From Mobula hypostoma (lineage: Eukaryota): a stretch of DNA of 64,000 nucleotides. Location of the stretch: NCBI RefSeq assembly GCF_963921235.1, contig NC_086097.1, positions 97,776,001 to 97,840,000 of the forward strand, given 5' to 3'. Position 1 is the first letter of the stretch; each line of letters opens with the position of its first letter. Shown here one piece after another: positions 62,882 through 64,000 of this stretch. The position numbers and the translations under genes were made by a program. Below the pieces are notes generated by a model. The model was not told where the DNA came from and ran no database searches. It worked only from the letters and a program-made list of their open reading frames with translations.

Positions 62882-63870
62882 AGACCATAAGACACAGGAG
62901 CAGAATCAGGCCATTCAGCCCATCAAGTCTGCTCTGCCATTACATCATGGCTGATCCACTTCCCTCTCAACCTCATTCTCCTGCCTTCTCCCCAGAATCT
63001 CTCACGCTGTGACTAACCAAGAACCTATCAACCTCTGCCTTAAATGCACCCAATGACCTGGCCTCCACAGACACTCGTGGCAACCAATTCCACAGATTCA
63101 CCACCATCTAAGTAAAGAAATTCCTCATCTCCGTTCAGAATCAGAATCAGGTTTAATAACACTGGCATATGTTGTGAAATTTGTTAACTTTCCAACTGGA
63201 CGACCCTCTATTTTGAGGCTGTGCCCTCTGGTCCTAGACTACCCCACCATAAAAAACATTCTCTTCACCTCCATTCTATCTAGACCTTTCAACATTCGAT
63301 ATGTTTCAGTGAGATTCCCCCCTCATTCTTCTAAATTCCAGCGAGTACAGGCTCACAGCCTTCTATCGCTGCTCATGTGATAACCCTTTCATTCTCATGA
63401 ACCTCCTCTGAACCCTCTCCATTCTCAGCACATCTTCCCTTAGACAAGGGGCCCAAAACTCCTCACAATACTCCAAGTGAGGCCTCACCAGTGCCTTATA
63501 AAGCTCCAGCATTACATCCTTGCTTTTATATTCCAGTCCTCTTAAAATGAATGTTGACACTGCATTCACCTTCCTCACCACTGATTCAACCTGCAAATTA
63601 CCCTTCAGGGAATTCTGCACAAGGAATCAAAAATTGCTTTGATTTTTTTTAAAACTTTTCTCCCCATTTAGAAAATAGTCTATGCTTTTATTTCTTTTAC
63701 CAAAGTGCATGATCATACACTTCCTGACACTGTATTCCACCTGCCAATGCTTTGCCCGTTCTCATAATCTGTCCAAGTCCTTCAGCAGCTTCTCTGCTTC
63801 CTCAGCACAACCTGCCCCTCCACCTATCTTCATATCATCCACAAACCTGGCCACAAAGCCATCAATTTCA
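62882..63870 (-). mobile_element. degenerate CR1 3' part with a small nested Rex-type tail (about 63135-63190)
   Basis: [13 protein letters not shown]; tcagaatcagaatcagg insert. Confidence 0.8.
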
Positions 63871-64000
63871 TCATACATTGTTGTTCTTTTCCACACCTTG
63901 TGGCATTAGGTGGCATTTTTGCCCTTTCTGTAGCATTTGACTTTTTTTTTTAAAAAGAGGCCGAGTTGCTAGCTTGACACTCAACACAGAAGGAAAGTGT

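Overview
This is vertebrate genomic DNA, not prokaryotic. The CR1-dominated repeat landscape and tRNA/V-type SINEs suggest a cartilaginous fish, probably a ray (inference). Most entries in the ORF track are retroelement debris. One intact host gene is present: the last 15 coding exons of EIF2AK4/GCN2 on the minus strand (62757 down to the stop at 28670). I read these exon by exon; all introns are GT-AG with consistent phases, giving 1534 nt or about 510 aa of HisRS-like domain plus C-terminal domain. The protein looks uneven and fairly divergent against the human sequence as I recall it. Downstream, on the plus strand, is a disabled cytosolic phospholipase A2 (PLA2G4E/F-like) catalytic exon whose essential Arg codon is TGA. 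Repeats include many CR1 LINEs (three long young copies), L1-, L2/Crack- and Rex-like fragments, an internally deleted Tc1 transposon, a hAT MITE, SINEs and two minisatellites. The most notable non-coding signal is a family of short Penelope-derived elements carrying minimal type-I hammerhead ribozyme motifs with covarying stem I. One of these forms an 83-bp-arm palindrome inside a GCN2 intron that also holds a perfect 70-bp inverted repeat. Hammerheads in Penelope-like elements are known in general, so I cannot claim a wholly new system from this window. All homology calls are from recalled sequences, not searches.
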